Source: Thermoplasmatota archaeon (GTDB lineage Archaea > Thermoplasmatota > E2 > DHVEG-1). Taken from it: 64,000 nucleotides of DNA. Shown piece by piece: positions 27,929-38,747 of this stretch (positions within the stretch are counted from its first letter, which is position 1; every line of letters starts with the position of its first letter). The position numbers were made by a program, and so were the translations under genes. The DNA is taken from assembly GCA_041650455.1 (NCBI GenBank), contig JBAZLE010000001.1, positions 157 through 64,156 of the forward strand, written 5' to 3'. Below the pieces are notes generated by a model that was given only the letters and a program-made list of their open reading frames with translations, ran no database searches and was not told the DNA's origin.

Positions 27929-28885
27929 ATGACTGAAGAAAAAGTAGGTGGTATAAGCGTGAAAGGAGTAAAAGACTCATTAATTGAACAATTACAGGAA
28001 GCGTCCACAGAACTTGGTTCTGTGAAAAGTTCATTTTCTAAAGGGATGGAGGATCTGGCAAAAATCCAAAGCATGCTCAGTTTAGAGGGATTAAACAAAA
28101 TGGATTCGGTGATGCGATCGTTTGAGGATCGCCTCTCTGAAGCAGAACGACGTCGTGACGAAGCAACCGAAGGTGCTCGACGCTACAGCATGGAGCTTGA
28201 GAAAGAAAAAGAACGACTGATAAAGCTCTGGGATGCGTATAAGAACCAAGAGGAATCATTGGCTGCGCAGGAGAAACGAGTCACCGAACTTGAAGAGAAG
28301 TTACGAGATACCGAGCAGATGCACATGCAATTTGAACGAGATGCGACCACACGGATTCAGACACTGACACAAAAGGTTGATGAACGGGCGCAACAACTCC
28401 AACAGATGGACGATCTGAAGCAGCAAGTGATGAGGTTCGACACAATACGAACTCAGATGGAAACAAGTGTTGATCGGATGCGCGGAGAGATTACCACAAA
28501 AGATGAAATTATCTGCGGGTTAGAACGACAAGTCGAGGAACTACGCGGATTCGAACAGTTCGCTGAGTTCAAACCGAAATTTGAAGCAGTATCCATGGAA
28601 TATGAGAAAGAAAAAGAACGACTCACCAAACTCTTTCGGTTATATGAGGAAACAGACGGGGAGAACAAAAAACTCAAAGAGGAACTCCACGGTTGGCAAA
28701 GCTGGTTTAACCAAAACGAGGAGCTCTTCACCAAACTGTTTTCTTCTGTCGAACATTTAAAACACCATACCGCAACTGTTCCTACCACAGAGGTCGCTCA
28801 AGAAGACATGGAACTCCCAACCTCTGGAGAACAAAAACCTGAACCTGTGGAAAAACCAAAGCGCAGACTCCGCTTCAGAAAATAA
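27929..28885 (+). CDS. Long coiled-coil hypothetical protein with internal duplication
   Basis: Heptad-rich; SMExEKEKERLxKL occurs twice; basic C-terminal tail. Confidence 0.8.
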   Translation: MTEEKVGGISVKGVKDSLIEQLQEASTELGSVKSSFSKGMEDLAKIQSMLSLEGLNKMDSVMRSFEDRLSEAERRRDEATEGARRYSMELEKEKERLIKLWDAYKNQEESLAAQEKRVTELEEKLRDTEQMHMQFERDATTRIQTLTQKVDERAQQLQQMDDLKQQVMRFDTIRTQMETSVDRMRGEITTKDEIICGLERQVEELRGFEQFAEFKPKFEAVSMEYEKEKERLTKLFRLYEETDGENKKLKEELHGWQSWFNQNEELFTKLFSSVEHLKHHTATVPTTEVAQEDMELPTSGEQKPEPVEKPKRRLRFRK

Positions 28886-28910
28886 TCACCCCCTCATTTT
28901 TTTTCTTTTT

Positions 28911-31016
28911 TTATTCTAATTTCGTCGTGCTGATTCCACTGTCATCTTCTAGAATTGATATTGTATTTTCCGTGAAATGTTTTATGTCTTCGACATGGGT
29001 GATGAGGAAGATCTGTCTAAATTTCGAAGAATAATTATTCAGCGCTTTGATGATATTTTGTTTCCGTATTTGATCCTGAGAACCAAAGATTTCATCAAGG
29101 ATGATGAATTGAAAGATACTCCCTGCGCGTTCGGTAATGATCTCAGAAATCGCCAGTCGAATGCAGAGGTTTGCAAGGTCTTCTTCTCCACCAGAAAAAC
29201 GTTCTATGGTGTATGGTGCTCCCCGATCATACACTAATAGATTATAATCTTCATCTAGCTCTATTTGTGAGTATTTTCCCTCTGTTAGTTCATTAAAAAG
29301 TTCTGAGGCATGAGATGAGAGTGTCGGTCGTATCTGGGAGATGAGGTATGTACGGTAGGAATCCATTACTTCGATTAGCATACTGAGTTTTTGTACGTCG
29401 TCTGTTTCGCTATGAAGTTTTTTAAGGAGCCTTTGTTGTTCTTCAATGTTTTTTTCTAATGTTTTTATTTGTTGCCCGATCAGGTTTTTTTTTCCTTCTT
29501 TTTCTTTTAACTCTACCATGACTTCCTGATGTTTCTCTTTAATGCCATCAAGTTTGGATAACATATGCTGATAAATTTCATATGCAGTGGTCACACGGTT
29601 TCGTATCTGCTGATACTGTTTTTCGTCAAAGTCGACAATACCAATGGTTATCAGTTCTTTCTTTTTGTTTTCTAACTGTTGTTTTTCTCGCTGAATCTCT
29701 TCAGAGCTATGAAGAAGAAAACTTTGGAGTTTCTCCCGTTCGACGACTTGATTTTGTAGAAAGCTCTTCTTTTTCTGCAACGCTTGTTTTTCTTTAGAGA
29801 GTTTTTCGTATTCTAATTGCAGTTTTTTTGCTTCTTCGTCAAATCGTTGTGCGTCATGATTCTTTTTTGTGAGTTCCTTACCATAATTCATAAGAAGTGT
29901 CTGATGTTGCTGTCCAAGTACACGTTCACAGGTTGGGCATTTTGCTTGTGGCCCTATTGTTTCAATTTGGTGCTTTTTTGTTGTGATTTCTTTCATCTCC
30001 TCCTTGAGACGATAGAGGAGCGTTTTGTTGTGTTCTTGTTTTTTTACAATCGATTGAATGAAGATTGTATTTTTCTCCTGATTCTGTTCATACGAATGTA
30101 AATCTTTTTCCAGATTCTTAAATACAGGGAGTTTTTCTTTCTGTTTTTCCAAGATTTCTTGTCGTTCTTTGATTGCTTTTTCCAATGCTGTTATATCCGT
30201 TTGAAGACGTTGTTTTTTTTCAAATCTGCTTTTCTTTTCCTCGAGTTGCCCAGCGGTTTTGTAGAGTTCCTCGTACGAGAGTTTTTTTGTTTCGCAGTCT
30301 TTTTTTGTTTTAACATGTTCCTCATCAATTCTTTGAAGATGTTTTTTACTCTCTTGTATGTGTTGCATGAGTTCTGTTTGTTTTTTTTGCTGATTTTTGA
30401 TTTCGATTTCGTAGACATTCTTTTTGTTTTGGCCTTGTTCATCAACAAGATTCTCTTCGAGTTTTTTAACAAGTGTGTTCTTGTCTTTTGTATCTGTTCT
30501 AATCTCACTGATGATTTCATCGACTGCACTGATTCCAAGCATACGCAGAATAAGTTGTCTACGTTCACTTGGGTTCATAGAGGATAACGTGTTCAGTTCC
30601 TTTTGTTTAGCAAAAATCGATGTGTAGAACGATTTCCAGTCCATCCCTAGTGTTTTCTGCATAAACTTGCTAAGAGTTTCTGCGCCGCTTGCTGCAAGCT
30701 TTCCGTTGACAGTCGCACTGCCTGATGCTTGAAGGTTTTTTCCACTCATCTCTCGAACGACATGGTAGATGTCATCATCGAAGATGAAATCAAGTTCAGT
30801 CTGGCAAGGCTCAGATGGTGCTGCCCCTTCTCGTTTAATTTGGTTCGTCGCTGTCCGGGCTGCGACAGGACCATAAAGTGTCCATGCCACTGCTTCAAAC
30901 AAGGTTGATTTCCCAACACCATTCAATCCAACAACGCCTGTGACCCCATCAGGAAACTCAATGGTGCTGTCTTTAAATTTACGGAAGTTTTTCAGCCGAA
31001 TTGATTTTAGGATCAT
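28911..31016 (-). CDS. Rad50/SbcC-family ATPase
   Basis: GLNGVGKST Walker A, CPTC Zn hook, FSGGE signature, ILDE, LITH. Confidence 0.92.
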   Translation of the reverse strand: MILKSIRLKNFRKFKDSTIEFPDGVTGVVGLNGVGKSTLFEAVAWTLYGPVAARTATNQIKREGAAPSEPCQTELDFIFDDDIYHVVREMSGKNLQASGSATVNGKLAASGAETLSKFMQKTLGMDWKSFYTSIFAKQKELNTLSSMNPSERRQLILRMLGISAVDEIISEIRTDTKDKNTLVKKLEENLVDEQGQNKKNVYEIEIKNQQKKQTELMQHIQESKKHLQRIDEEHVKTKKDCETKKLSYEELYKTAGQLEEKKSRFEKKQRLQTDITALEKAIKERQEILEKQKEKLPVFKNLEKDLHSYEQNQEKNTIFIQSIVKKQEHNKTLLYRLKEEMKEITTKKHQIETIGPQAKCPTCERVLGQQHQTLLMNYGKELTKKNHDAQRFDEEAKKLQLEYEKLSKEKQALQKKKSFLQNQVVEREKLQSFLLHSSEEIQREKQQLENKKKELITIGIVDFDEKQYQQIRNRVTTAYEIYQHMLSKLDGIKEKHQEVMVELKEKEGKKNLIGQQIKTLEKNIEEQQRLLKKLHSETDDVQKLSMLIEVMDSYRTYLISQIRPTLSSHASELFNELTEGKYSQIELDEDYNLLVYDRGAPYTIERFSGGEEDLANLCIRLAISEIITERAGSIFQFIILDEIFGSQDQIRKQNIIKALNNYSSKFRQIFLITHVEDIKHFTENTISILEDDSGISTTKLE

Positions 31017-32149
31017 GGTTTTTTCTCTTGTTCTTCGTGTTTATGGATGTATTGTAGCCCAAGACTGAGCAACATTTTTTTTTCAGCGTACTGTTGGGTG
31101 GTGAGAAATTTTTCAAATTCGTCAGCAAGTGATTTAAGCTTATAGCTCTCGTTTAGTGATGTTACATCGTTTTTAAGAGAAGTGGTTTTTATCTCAAAAT
31201 GCACAGCAGTTTTTGCAAGATTTCGTATTTGATGATAATCAATACCTCGTTGGAGGTGGATTGGGATATTCTCGAGGCGGATTCGTATGATTTTATCGCT
31301 TGGATCAATCGTCTGGATGATTTCTTTTACCTTCTGGATGATTTGATCAATGCGGAGGGTCGAGCAGTCGAGCGGGGGTGGGTCAATCATTATCCGAGTT
31401 TTCAGAGGGATGAACCGATGTTTCAGTGGTTGCTTTAGGTCAATTTGAAGCACTCCTTTCTGAACGTTTGCCTCTGTGAAACTAAAATGCTCTGTTGATC
31501 CAACGTAAAAGACGTTCTCCTGCAGTTTTGTATACTGATGATAGTGACCAAGTGCAATGTAGTCAAACTCCTCTTTTAGGTTTTTTACTGGGATGAAAAG
31601 TTCGTTGAACTCATTCATTTTAAATTCCTTAATATCTGCGACCGCACCATGGGCAAGCAAGAGATTGAAATCAGCGTTTTTCTCTATCTTAATTTTTTTG
31701 AAATTCGATTCAAATTCCTTTGGACTTTGACAGTGAGGGATTGCATGAATCAGAACTGTTTTATCCTTTATTTTCAAAGAAATGGCTTCATAGCGATTCC
31801 TATGGATAGGATACACCTGATTGAGATGTTCAAAAATGTTGAAAATATTCCCTGTTTCTTTGAGTTTTGGTGTTTCATGGTTTCCAGAGATTACCACGAA
31901 AGGAATATTTTCTACTGACAGACGAAGGATTTGTTGTAATGCAACGGTGATCGCACGGTTCGACGGTCGAACGGAGTCAAAAAGATCCCCTGCGTGTAGC
32001 ACAACATCCGGTTTCGTTTGTAAGGCGTAATCGACGCATTGGGTAAAGGTATTATAGACATCCATTTCCCGTTGATTCACACCTTCCTCTGTTGTCTTTC
32101 TGTAGGCAGAATAACCAAGATGAGTATCAGCACAATGCAAAATCCTCAT
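31013..32149 (-). CDS. Mre11/SbcD-family nuclease
   Basis: ADTHLG, AGDLFD, GNHE, AHG, ALGHYH, YVGS. Confidence 0.92.
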   Translation of the reverse strand: MRILHCADTHLGYSAYRKTTEEGVNQREMDVYNTFTQCVDYALQTKPDVVLHAGDLFDSVRPSNRAITVALQQILRLSVENIPFVVISGNHETPKLKETGNIFNIFEHLNQVYPIHRNRYEAISLKIKDKTVLIHAIPHCQSPKEFESNFKKIKIEKNADFNLLLAHGAVADIKEFKMNEFNELFIPVKNLKEEFDYIALGHYHQYTKLQENVFYVGSTEHFSFTEANVQKGVLQIDLKQPLKHRFIPLKTRIMIDPPPLDCSTLRIDQIIQKVKEIIQTIDPSDKIIRIRLENIPIHLQRGIDYHQIRNLAKTAVHFEIKTTSLKNDVTSLNESYKLKSLADEFEKFLTTQQYAEKKMLLSLGLQYIHKHEEQEKKP

Positions 32150-33534
32150 AGGTCCCTTCTTCGTGAACGTTTCAAGGAAATAACGTCACAGGCAAGTGTA
32201 AGCGCATCAAGTGTTGGGGCTATCGGTGGTGCATAGGCGGTCTCAAGTTTTCGGAAGTCATCGATCGTTAGTTTTCCAAGAACTGCACAGGCCAGAGTGT
32301 TAATTCGTTGAGCGGCATTACTCCCAACTGCTTGAGCAGAAATTATTTGTCCAGTTTCGTCATACGCAGAGACTTTAATGACGATTGATTTTTTTCCCGG
32401 AAAATACTCAGGCAGAGAATACCCTTTGTATTTACCGTTTACAACCAGCGTGTTTGTAAGGTTCTCTTTCACAGGGCCAACCGCTGCTATCTCTATATCA
32501 AAAAATTCTGATGTCCTTGTTAGTAAAACACCAGACGGTAATTGATAGGTGCCACCCGCAGCATTAATTCCAGCTGCAATCCCTTGTCTAACAACAATAC
32601 TCCCAAGTCCAATACCAACTGATTCACCGGTAATATAATCAATGTATTCAGTACAATCGCCTACTGCGTAGACGTTTTTAACGGATGTTTCTGATTTCTC
32701 ATTGACCTGTACACCACCAGTCTTTCCTATCTTACATCCGATAGTTTTCGCAAGGGATGTCTCTGATATTGTCCCAGTTGCAATCACAAGCAAATCGGTT
32801 TCTATTTTTTTTTCTTCACCTGTCGCAACATCCTTTATGATTAAGGACTTGATGGTTCCCTGATGATCCTCACATCGAACCGCGAGATGATTCGGATGAA
32901 CAGAGATTTTCTCTTGTAAACTCTGTAGTACCGGTTCGCTCATATCATCATCAAGAGTGTTGGCAAGAATGGTAGGAAGCGCCTCGACGACAGTCATCTT
33001 CATTCCTTTTTTATACAACGTATCTGCCATCTCAAGTCCAATGAGTCCTGCACCGACGATGGTTGCTTTTCTATCTTTTTTTATCTGAGCAAGAATCGCC
33101 TGACCATCTTTGATTGTTCGTAGAACATGGATTCCTTTCAGTAACTGCCCATTTTTCTGGATGTTTTGAATCGGGGGAATCCATGGATACGCTCCTGTCG
33201 CAAGAATAAGACTGTCAAATTCCTTTTCTATTTGTTCAGTACCTTTTTTTGCTATCACACGTCGCTTGTGAATATCGACACCTTCAACGGAGGTTTCAAG
33301 ATGGAGGTCTATGTGTTCTTTTTTGAACCAGTCTTCTGAAAATTCAATAAGATCGGGGAATGCTGGTACTGTTCCTGCTATCGCGTACGGTAATCCACAT
33401 TTCGAATATTGTGGGTATGATCCTTTTTCAAAAATTGTTATCGACGCTTTTCTATCTGTTTTCCGTGCGAATTGTCCGCTGGTTCCACCACCTGCGCCAC
33501 AGCCGATGATAATAATTTGTCGTGCGTTGGTCAC
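32146..33534 (-). CDS. FAD-dependent pyridine nucleotide-disulfide oxidoreductase (Nox/CoADR family)
   Basis: GCGAGG, YSKCGLPY single Cys, GAGLIGLE, YAVGDC, YAPP. Confidence 0.9.
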   Translation of the reverse strand: MTNARQIIIIGCGAGGGTSGQFARKTDRKASITIFEKGSYPQYSKCGLPYAIAGTVPAFPDLIEFSEDWFKKEHIDLHLETSVEGVDIHKRRVIAKKGTEQIEKEFDSLILATGAYPWIPPIQNIQKNGQLLKGIHVLRTIKDGQAILAQIKKDRKATIVGAGLIGLEMADTLYKKGMKMTVVEALPTILANTLDDDMSEPVLQSLQEKISVHPNHLAVRCEDHQGTIKSLIIKDVATGEEKKIETDLLVIATGTISETSLAKTIGCKIGKTGGVQVNEKSETSVKNVYAVGDCTEYIDYITGESVGIGLGSIVVRQGIAAGINAAGGTYQLPSGVLLTRTSEFFDIEIAAVGPVKENLTNTLVVNGKYKGYSLPEYFPGKKSIVIKVSAYDETGQIISAQAVGSNAAQRINTLACAVLGKLTIDDFRKLETAYAPPIAPTLDALTLACDVISLKRSRRRDL

Positions 33535-33661
33535 TCAAAAACCCCATTCAACTAACTGAGATGTTTTTTTAAACGTTTTTGAAGAAAAAATATTTTGAAA
33601 ACCAAACTTTGCAGTTAATCTTAAAAACCTTTGAACTATATATTGATATTCGAAAATAGGT

Positions 33662-36600
33662 TTGGATGTAGGTGCGCTTTTGAATACTATAAAATCATTT
33701 AATAGTAAAAACGATGAAAAAGATATCAATACGATAGTAGATGATCTCCTTCGTAGGGCAAGGTCCCAAAAGTACAGGAAAAAATCCTTCCATAATCATT
33801 TTTCATCACAAAAAACACCTCTAAGATGTTTAACCTCTGATGTAACAATGATTTTCATGTTTATGGTCTCAGTCTTTGTTTTATTCGTCCCAATCCTATC
33901 TCTCTCTATTGTCTCTACCCCAGCTGAGATTAACCAGCATGAAATCTCTATATCGTTCACTCCTGAAACTGTTCATAGTAATGACACGATGCTCATAGAA
34001 GTTCGCGTACCTATCTATCTTGACATTTATTCGATTGTTGCTGATATGGGCGGCATCGAACTTGTCGTCTTGTCCTATGTGGAGAATAATTCATATCTCG
34101 AGGTATGGCAAGCAACTTGGATGCTTCCTGGTGTTGGTAATGGTTCTTATCTTTCTTTTATCACTTTAGTGAATAAAACAGATGCCTGTTTTAAAGTAAA
34201 CAAAACATGGACTGTCATATCAGATGAACGAATCGAAAAAGGATTTCTTATAGATAATAGTACTAGGGAGACGTATCTTCAAATAAACCACACAAACATC
34301 TCAAACCAACGCAATAAAAATGTCGGGGTCATATCATCCAATATTAGCGATAAAAATCAAACGCATGCGCTCTTGTTAACGGACACTTTTTTTGAAAACC
34401 TCTCTCAATCAGAGAATATCACAACCAATGTTCCAACAAATCTAGGTGAAGCGGATTGGTCGATAACCGAGACTGCGCTTGGTAATTCCCACAAACGAGT
34501 GCGTATCAGCAGTGACGTTCATTATACAAATGTTACTGCATTTACCACGATAGACAATCGGCCAAGGAATTCAATTCATCTCTACCATATGATCAATGGT
34601 TCAAGAACAGAAATAGATTTTTCTTCTTTTGATTTAGATAACGATGGCTTTGTAGATAGAATCGAATGGATTGTTCCTCATTTATCAGAACAAACCTATG
34701 AAATTATCATCGAAATAACCAAAGCGGAACACCTTGATGCCGCTAGAGTCTTTCTTTCAGATATCTACGCTGAGGTAAAGCAAGCAGATGATGTCTGGTC
34801 AGAATCAATTCACAACGAAGAGTTTGTCCGAGTAACGTTTGAAAAAGCATTAGATGCAGGTAATGATATTACTATTGTTGCACGAAGTGCTGGGGTGTCC
34901 CGTATCGAGGTGTATGCAAAGGGCAGTCAAAAGCTTATCACCACTTTTCAGAACGTCACCACAGAAAATAAGTATCAGGTTTTTTTAACAAGCTTAACTG
35001 AAACGCAAACCACCTTTGACCTTAAGGTCTGCGGAGATACCGTTGAATATGATTATATCGTCGACCCCACGGGTTGGATCTCACCGACGGGGCATGCTGA
35101 TCCAAGCAACCAATGGAGTAATGAACTAAGGGCGTATGATGGAAATACTGGTACGTATGCATCTCAGACAGGAGCAATCGGGTGGCGAGGGTTTATTGAA
35201 TTCACCTTGACCAATCCGATATACTGCGACCGTGTACGGGTTTTTTCTGATTTTGGTTATGGTGTTGTTGATCTTGTTGACATCGATGTTTACAATAGCA
35301 CAACCTGGGTGGATAAGTATAATGGCACTATTTCGGATGCAACCTGGACAGAGATAAGTTTTCCTGCTGAAACCAATGTGACAAAAGGTAGATTTCGTTA
35401 TCATTTTTTAGCAGGTGGATGGATTTTTTGGCTCTATGAATTTGAGTTCTGGCAAGGTCAACAATTAACATTACCAAATGGCACAACTCTGAATGTGACA
35501 TCGATTGATGAAACAACTGCGATTTTACGAGGAAATGTTAGTGATGACGGTGGAGAGCCTTGTGAATATCGATTCCAATATGGGACCGATACCACCTATG
35601 GGATTAACACAACATGGGGTGGGAGTAGAGTGAGTGGGTCTGAATTTGGAACGATGATTCATAATCTTAACCTTAGTCAAACCTATCAGTTCAGAGTACA
35701 GATTCGTAATAGTATCGGCACCGTAAATGGTTCAAATAATAGTTTTACCACCGCAGTTCCACCGCTTGGATGGATTTCTCCAACCAGCCATTATGATTCA
35801 AATTCTAAATGGGAAAACGAGGAAAACAGCTATGATGATGATACCGGTAGCTTTGCGCGTTCTTATCATAGCGTGAATGACCCTAATGGACAATGGAGCT
35901 CTTTCCTTTACCTGAATCACAGCACTTTAGTATGTGATAAGGTTCGTTTTTATGCAAAGGGACCAACAGGGGATAGTATTCAGATTGATCAAGTCGATCT
36001 TGATGTATACAAAGGTGGGATTTGGGTTGACGTCTACCAAGGTGTGTTTTTAGATAAACAGTGGGTGGAAAAAAATTTCGTCCAGGGGAATGTGACGACA
36101 GCACGGATAAGGTTCCGCGTCAATACAAACAATGGTGGCTTATATTATGAGCTCTATGAGTTTGATTTCAATAAATCAAGACCTGTCCCAATCATCTCTA
36201 ATGCAGGTCCAACTAATGGAAGCTGGGGGGTAAATCTTCGGCCGCAGATGAACATCACCGTGGCTAACCCTGATGGAGCCAACATGACGATCTATTGGTA
36301 TAGTAACAGTAGCGGCTCTTGGCAACTTTTTGGCCTTAATACTTCCGTTGTGAATGGAACTTATCATCAATGGAACAATAACTTTAGTAACAACAATACT
36401 AAATATTGGTGGAAAGTGCTAGTCACAGACGGAACGGATTCGAATTCTTCTTCGTATTATTTTTCAACACCAGATACTATTAAACCTAGCTCAAATGTCG
36501 TAGCAATCTCACCATACTGGAAGAAAACTAGTCCGTTGGCGATAACAGCCACCGCTACAGATGCTGGATGGAGCGGATTGAAAAATGTGACTTTGTTTTA

Positions 36601-38656
36601 TCGATTTAGTGGGAATAATGTTTCTTGGGGTGGATGGAAGTTAGTAAGTGTAGACTCCACTTCGCCTTGGTCCTGGAATTTTGCGTTTTCAAACGGAAGT
36701 GGATTTTATCAGTTTTATAGTATCGCTTGCGATTATGCAACCAATGAGGAATCTTTTACAGGAATTGCTGATTCCTGGTGTGGATACGATAATGTAGCAC
36801 CAACATCATCTGTTTTTGTAATCTCTCCATACTGGACGAACGTCGGAACCACGATTAACGCAACAGCTAGTGATGCTACTAGTGGCGTACGGAACATCAC
36901 GTTGTATTATCGATTCAGCCCTAACAATGTATCCTGGGGTGACTGGATGAGTGTAGGTATTGATTTAATCCAACCCTGGGTTTGGAATTTTGGTTTTTCT
37001 AATGGAAGCGGACATTACCAATTTTATAGTAGAGCAAGGGATACTGCAACAAATTCGGAATCCATTCCCGTGGTTCCTGATGCCTGGTGTGGATATGATA
37101 CAACTATTCCAAGTTCCTTCGTTAACCCAATATCCCCCTACTGGAGAAACACTAATGTAACAATTCATGCAAGCATGGACATCATAGGACCTAGTGGTCT
37201 AAAGAATGTCACCTTATTTTATTATCATTCTATAGATAACATGACTTGGTCCGGGCCCTGGAAATATAGCAGCGATGAGGATCCATGGGCTGTGTGCAGT
37301 TGGGATTTTACATTTCCTAATCAAACAGGATATTACAGGTTCTATTCCGGTGCCGCAGATAACAGCAGCAACACAGAAAACCCTCCTGTCGTCAACGACA
37401 CCAGATGTGGATTTGATAATCAATCTCCAATATGTGCGATTGCCTATAATCGGTCGGCATCGTATTTGAAAAGCAATGATTCCCTACAAATTCTTGTTTT
37501 CTTTACCGAGCCACTCTCTGGTGTAAATGAATCGAATGTCATTATAAGTATTGCGACAATGGGTGACGGGTCCCTTACGAATGTCACCATGAGTCAAATC
37601 AATGACACCTTTTGGTATTATAATTGGACTATTCCTGCTGGCTCAGATGAAGATGGACCTTTTACCGTACAGATTTATGCAAATGATCGGGCATCAAATA
37701 ACCTTTCCCCATATCCAACCAGTGATTCGACAAGACGAATAGACAATACTGCGCCGATGATTTCTGCAGTTTCTGTAGATAATATAACTCTCGAATCCGT
37801 CGTCATCAACTGGATAACAGATGAAAATACAACGAGTAGTGTCGAATATGGGACTACTATCGCATTTGGACTCTGGTTCAATGACTCTGATTTTCTGATG
37901 TCTCATACGTGTCTATTAATGAATTTATCTTCAGGTAGTACGTATCACTTTCGTATATTCTCGTATGACCTGGCAGGGAATTTTTATGCATCATCTGGAA
38001 GCACCTTTGTGACAAGTAGTCAATCGACGTCAAATAAAAGACCACTGACGAACACCCTAATTCAAAATAGCCCTCCTACAAATCCAACAATCGAAGGCCC
38101 ATCTCATGGTGACATCCATGTTGAATATAGCTTCACGGTCCGGTCAGGAGATGCAGATTTCGATTCCATTCGATATACTTTCAATTGGGGAGATAGCAGT
38201 ATAGAATCAAGTGGATTTTCACCAAGCAATGTCTATTGTGTTAGAAATCACAGTTGGTCAAGAGCAGGAAAATATTCAATAAAGGTTTCAGCAAGTGATA
38301 ACAACACAACCTCTTCGTCTGAAAAAACAATCTGGATCGATGCGCTTGCTGTTGTTGGTTTAGGATATCTTTTAGACACGAACAGCGACGAAATATTCGA
38401 TGTATTCCATAACAATATGACCGGATTGGAAACTTTAGTCGAAATGAAAGATGAGGGAATCTATCTTATAGATTCTGATGGTGACAAACAATGGGATTAC
38501 AAATATTGCGTATCTACCGATATGCTTTCGATGATAGTTCGACAATCCATAAATACTGAAACAAGACAATTTCCCTTTTTGTTGATTGGACTGTTCTTCT
38601 GCCTGGTCATCTTATTCTCACTCCTGTATTTCCATAGGCGGGCTCTAAAAAAATAA
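33662..38656 (+). CDS. Large repeat-containing cell-surface glycoprotein (FN3/Ig-like, PKD, C-terminal TM)
   Basis: Abundant NxS/T sequons, internal repeats, YTFNWGD PKD motif, C-terminal TM with basic tail; true start probably about 33848. Confidence 0.8.
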   Translation: MDVGALLNTIKSFNSKNDEKDINTIVDDLLRRARSQKYRKKSFHNHFSSQKTPLRCLTSDVTMIFMFMVSVFVLFVPILSLSIVSTPAEINQHEISISFTPETVHSNDTMLIEVRVPIYLDIYSIVADMGGIELVVLSYVENNSYLEVWQATWMLPGVGNGSYLSFITLVNKTDACFKVNKTWTVISDERIEKGFLIDNSTRETYLQINHTNISNQRNKNVGVISSNISDKNQTHALLLTDTFFENLSQSENITTNVPTNLGEADWSITETALGNSHKRVRISSDVHYTNVTAFTTIDNRPRNSIHLYHMINGSRTEIDFSSFDLDNDGFVDRIEWIVPHLSEQTYEIIIEITKAEHLDAARVFLSDIYAEVKQADDVWSESIHNEEFVRVTFEKALDAGNDITIVARSAGVSRIEVYAKGSQKLITTFQNVTTENKYQVFLTSLTETQTTFDLKVCGDTVEYDYIVDPTGWISPTGHADPSNQWSNELRAYDGNTGTYASQTGAIGWRGFIEFTLTNPIYCDRVRVFSDFGYGVVDLVDIDVYNSTTWVDKYNGTISDATWTEISFPAETNVTKGRFRYHFLAGGWIFWLYEFEFWQGQQLTLPNGTTLNVTSIDETTAILRGNVSDDGGEPCEYRFQYGTDTTYGINTTWGGSRVSGSEFGTMIHNLNLSQTYQFRVQIRNSIGTVNGSNNSFTTAVPPLGWISPTSHYDSNSKWENEENSYDDDTGSFARSYHSVNDPNGQWSSFLYLNHSTLVCDKVRFYAKGPTGDSIQIDQVDLDVYKGGIWVDVYQGVFLDKQWVEKNFVQGNVTTARIRFRVNTNNGGLYYELYEFDFNKSRPVPIISNAGPTNGSWGVNLRPQMNITVANPDGANMTIYWYSNSSGSWQLFGLNTSVVNGTYHQWNNNFSNNNTKYWWKVLVTDGTDSNSSSYYFSTPDTIKPSSNVVAISPYWKKTSPLAITATATDAGWSGLKNVTLFYRFSGNNVSWGGWKLVSVDSTSPWSWNFAFSNGSGFYQFYSIACDYATNEESFTGIADSWCGYDNVAPTSSVFVISPYWTNVGTTINATASDATSGVRNITLYYRFSPNNVSWGDWMSVGIDLIQPWVWNFGFSNGSGHYQFYSRARDTATNSESIPVVPDAWCGYDTTIPSSFVNPISPYWRNTNVTIHASMDIIGPSGLKNVTLFYYHSIDNMTWSGPWKYSSDEDPWAVCSWDFTFPNQTGYYRFYSGAADNSSNTENPPVVNDTRCGFDNQSPICAIAYNRSASYLKSNDSLQILVFFTEPLSGVNESNVIISIATMGDGSLTNVTMSQINDTFWYYNWTIPAGSDEDGPFTVQIYANDRASNNLSPYPTSDSTRRIDNTAPMISAVSVDNITLESVVINWITDENTTSSVEYGTTIAFGLWFNDSDFLMSHTCLLMNLSSGSTYHFRIFSYDLAGNFYASSGSTFVTSSQSTSNKRPLTNTLIQNSPPTNPTIEGPSHGDIHVEYSFTVRSGDADFDSIRYTFNWGDSSIESSGFSPSNVYCVRNHSWSRAGKYSIKVSASDNNTTSSSEKTIWIDALAVVGLGYLLDTNSDEIFDVFHNNMTGLETLVEMKDEGIYLIDSDGDKQWDYKYCVSTDMLSMIVRQSINTETRQFPFLLIGLFFCLVILFSLLYFHRRALKK

Positions 38657-38747
38657 CAGGGTATCGCCTCGTTCATAGACTCAGTTCTTTGCTAAGAATT
38701 CGAATTTCATGCTTCTGTGATATTTGTCTTGTGGTAGGTTCTTGTTC

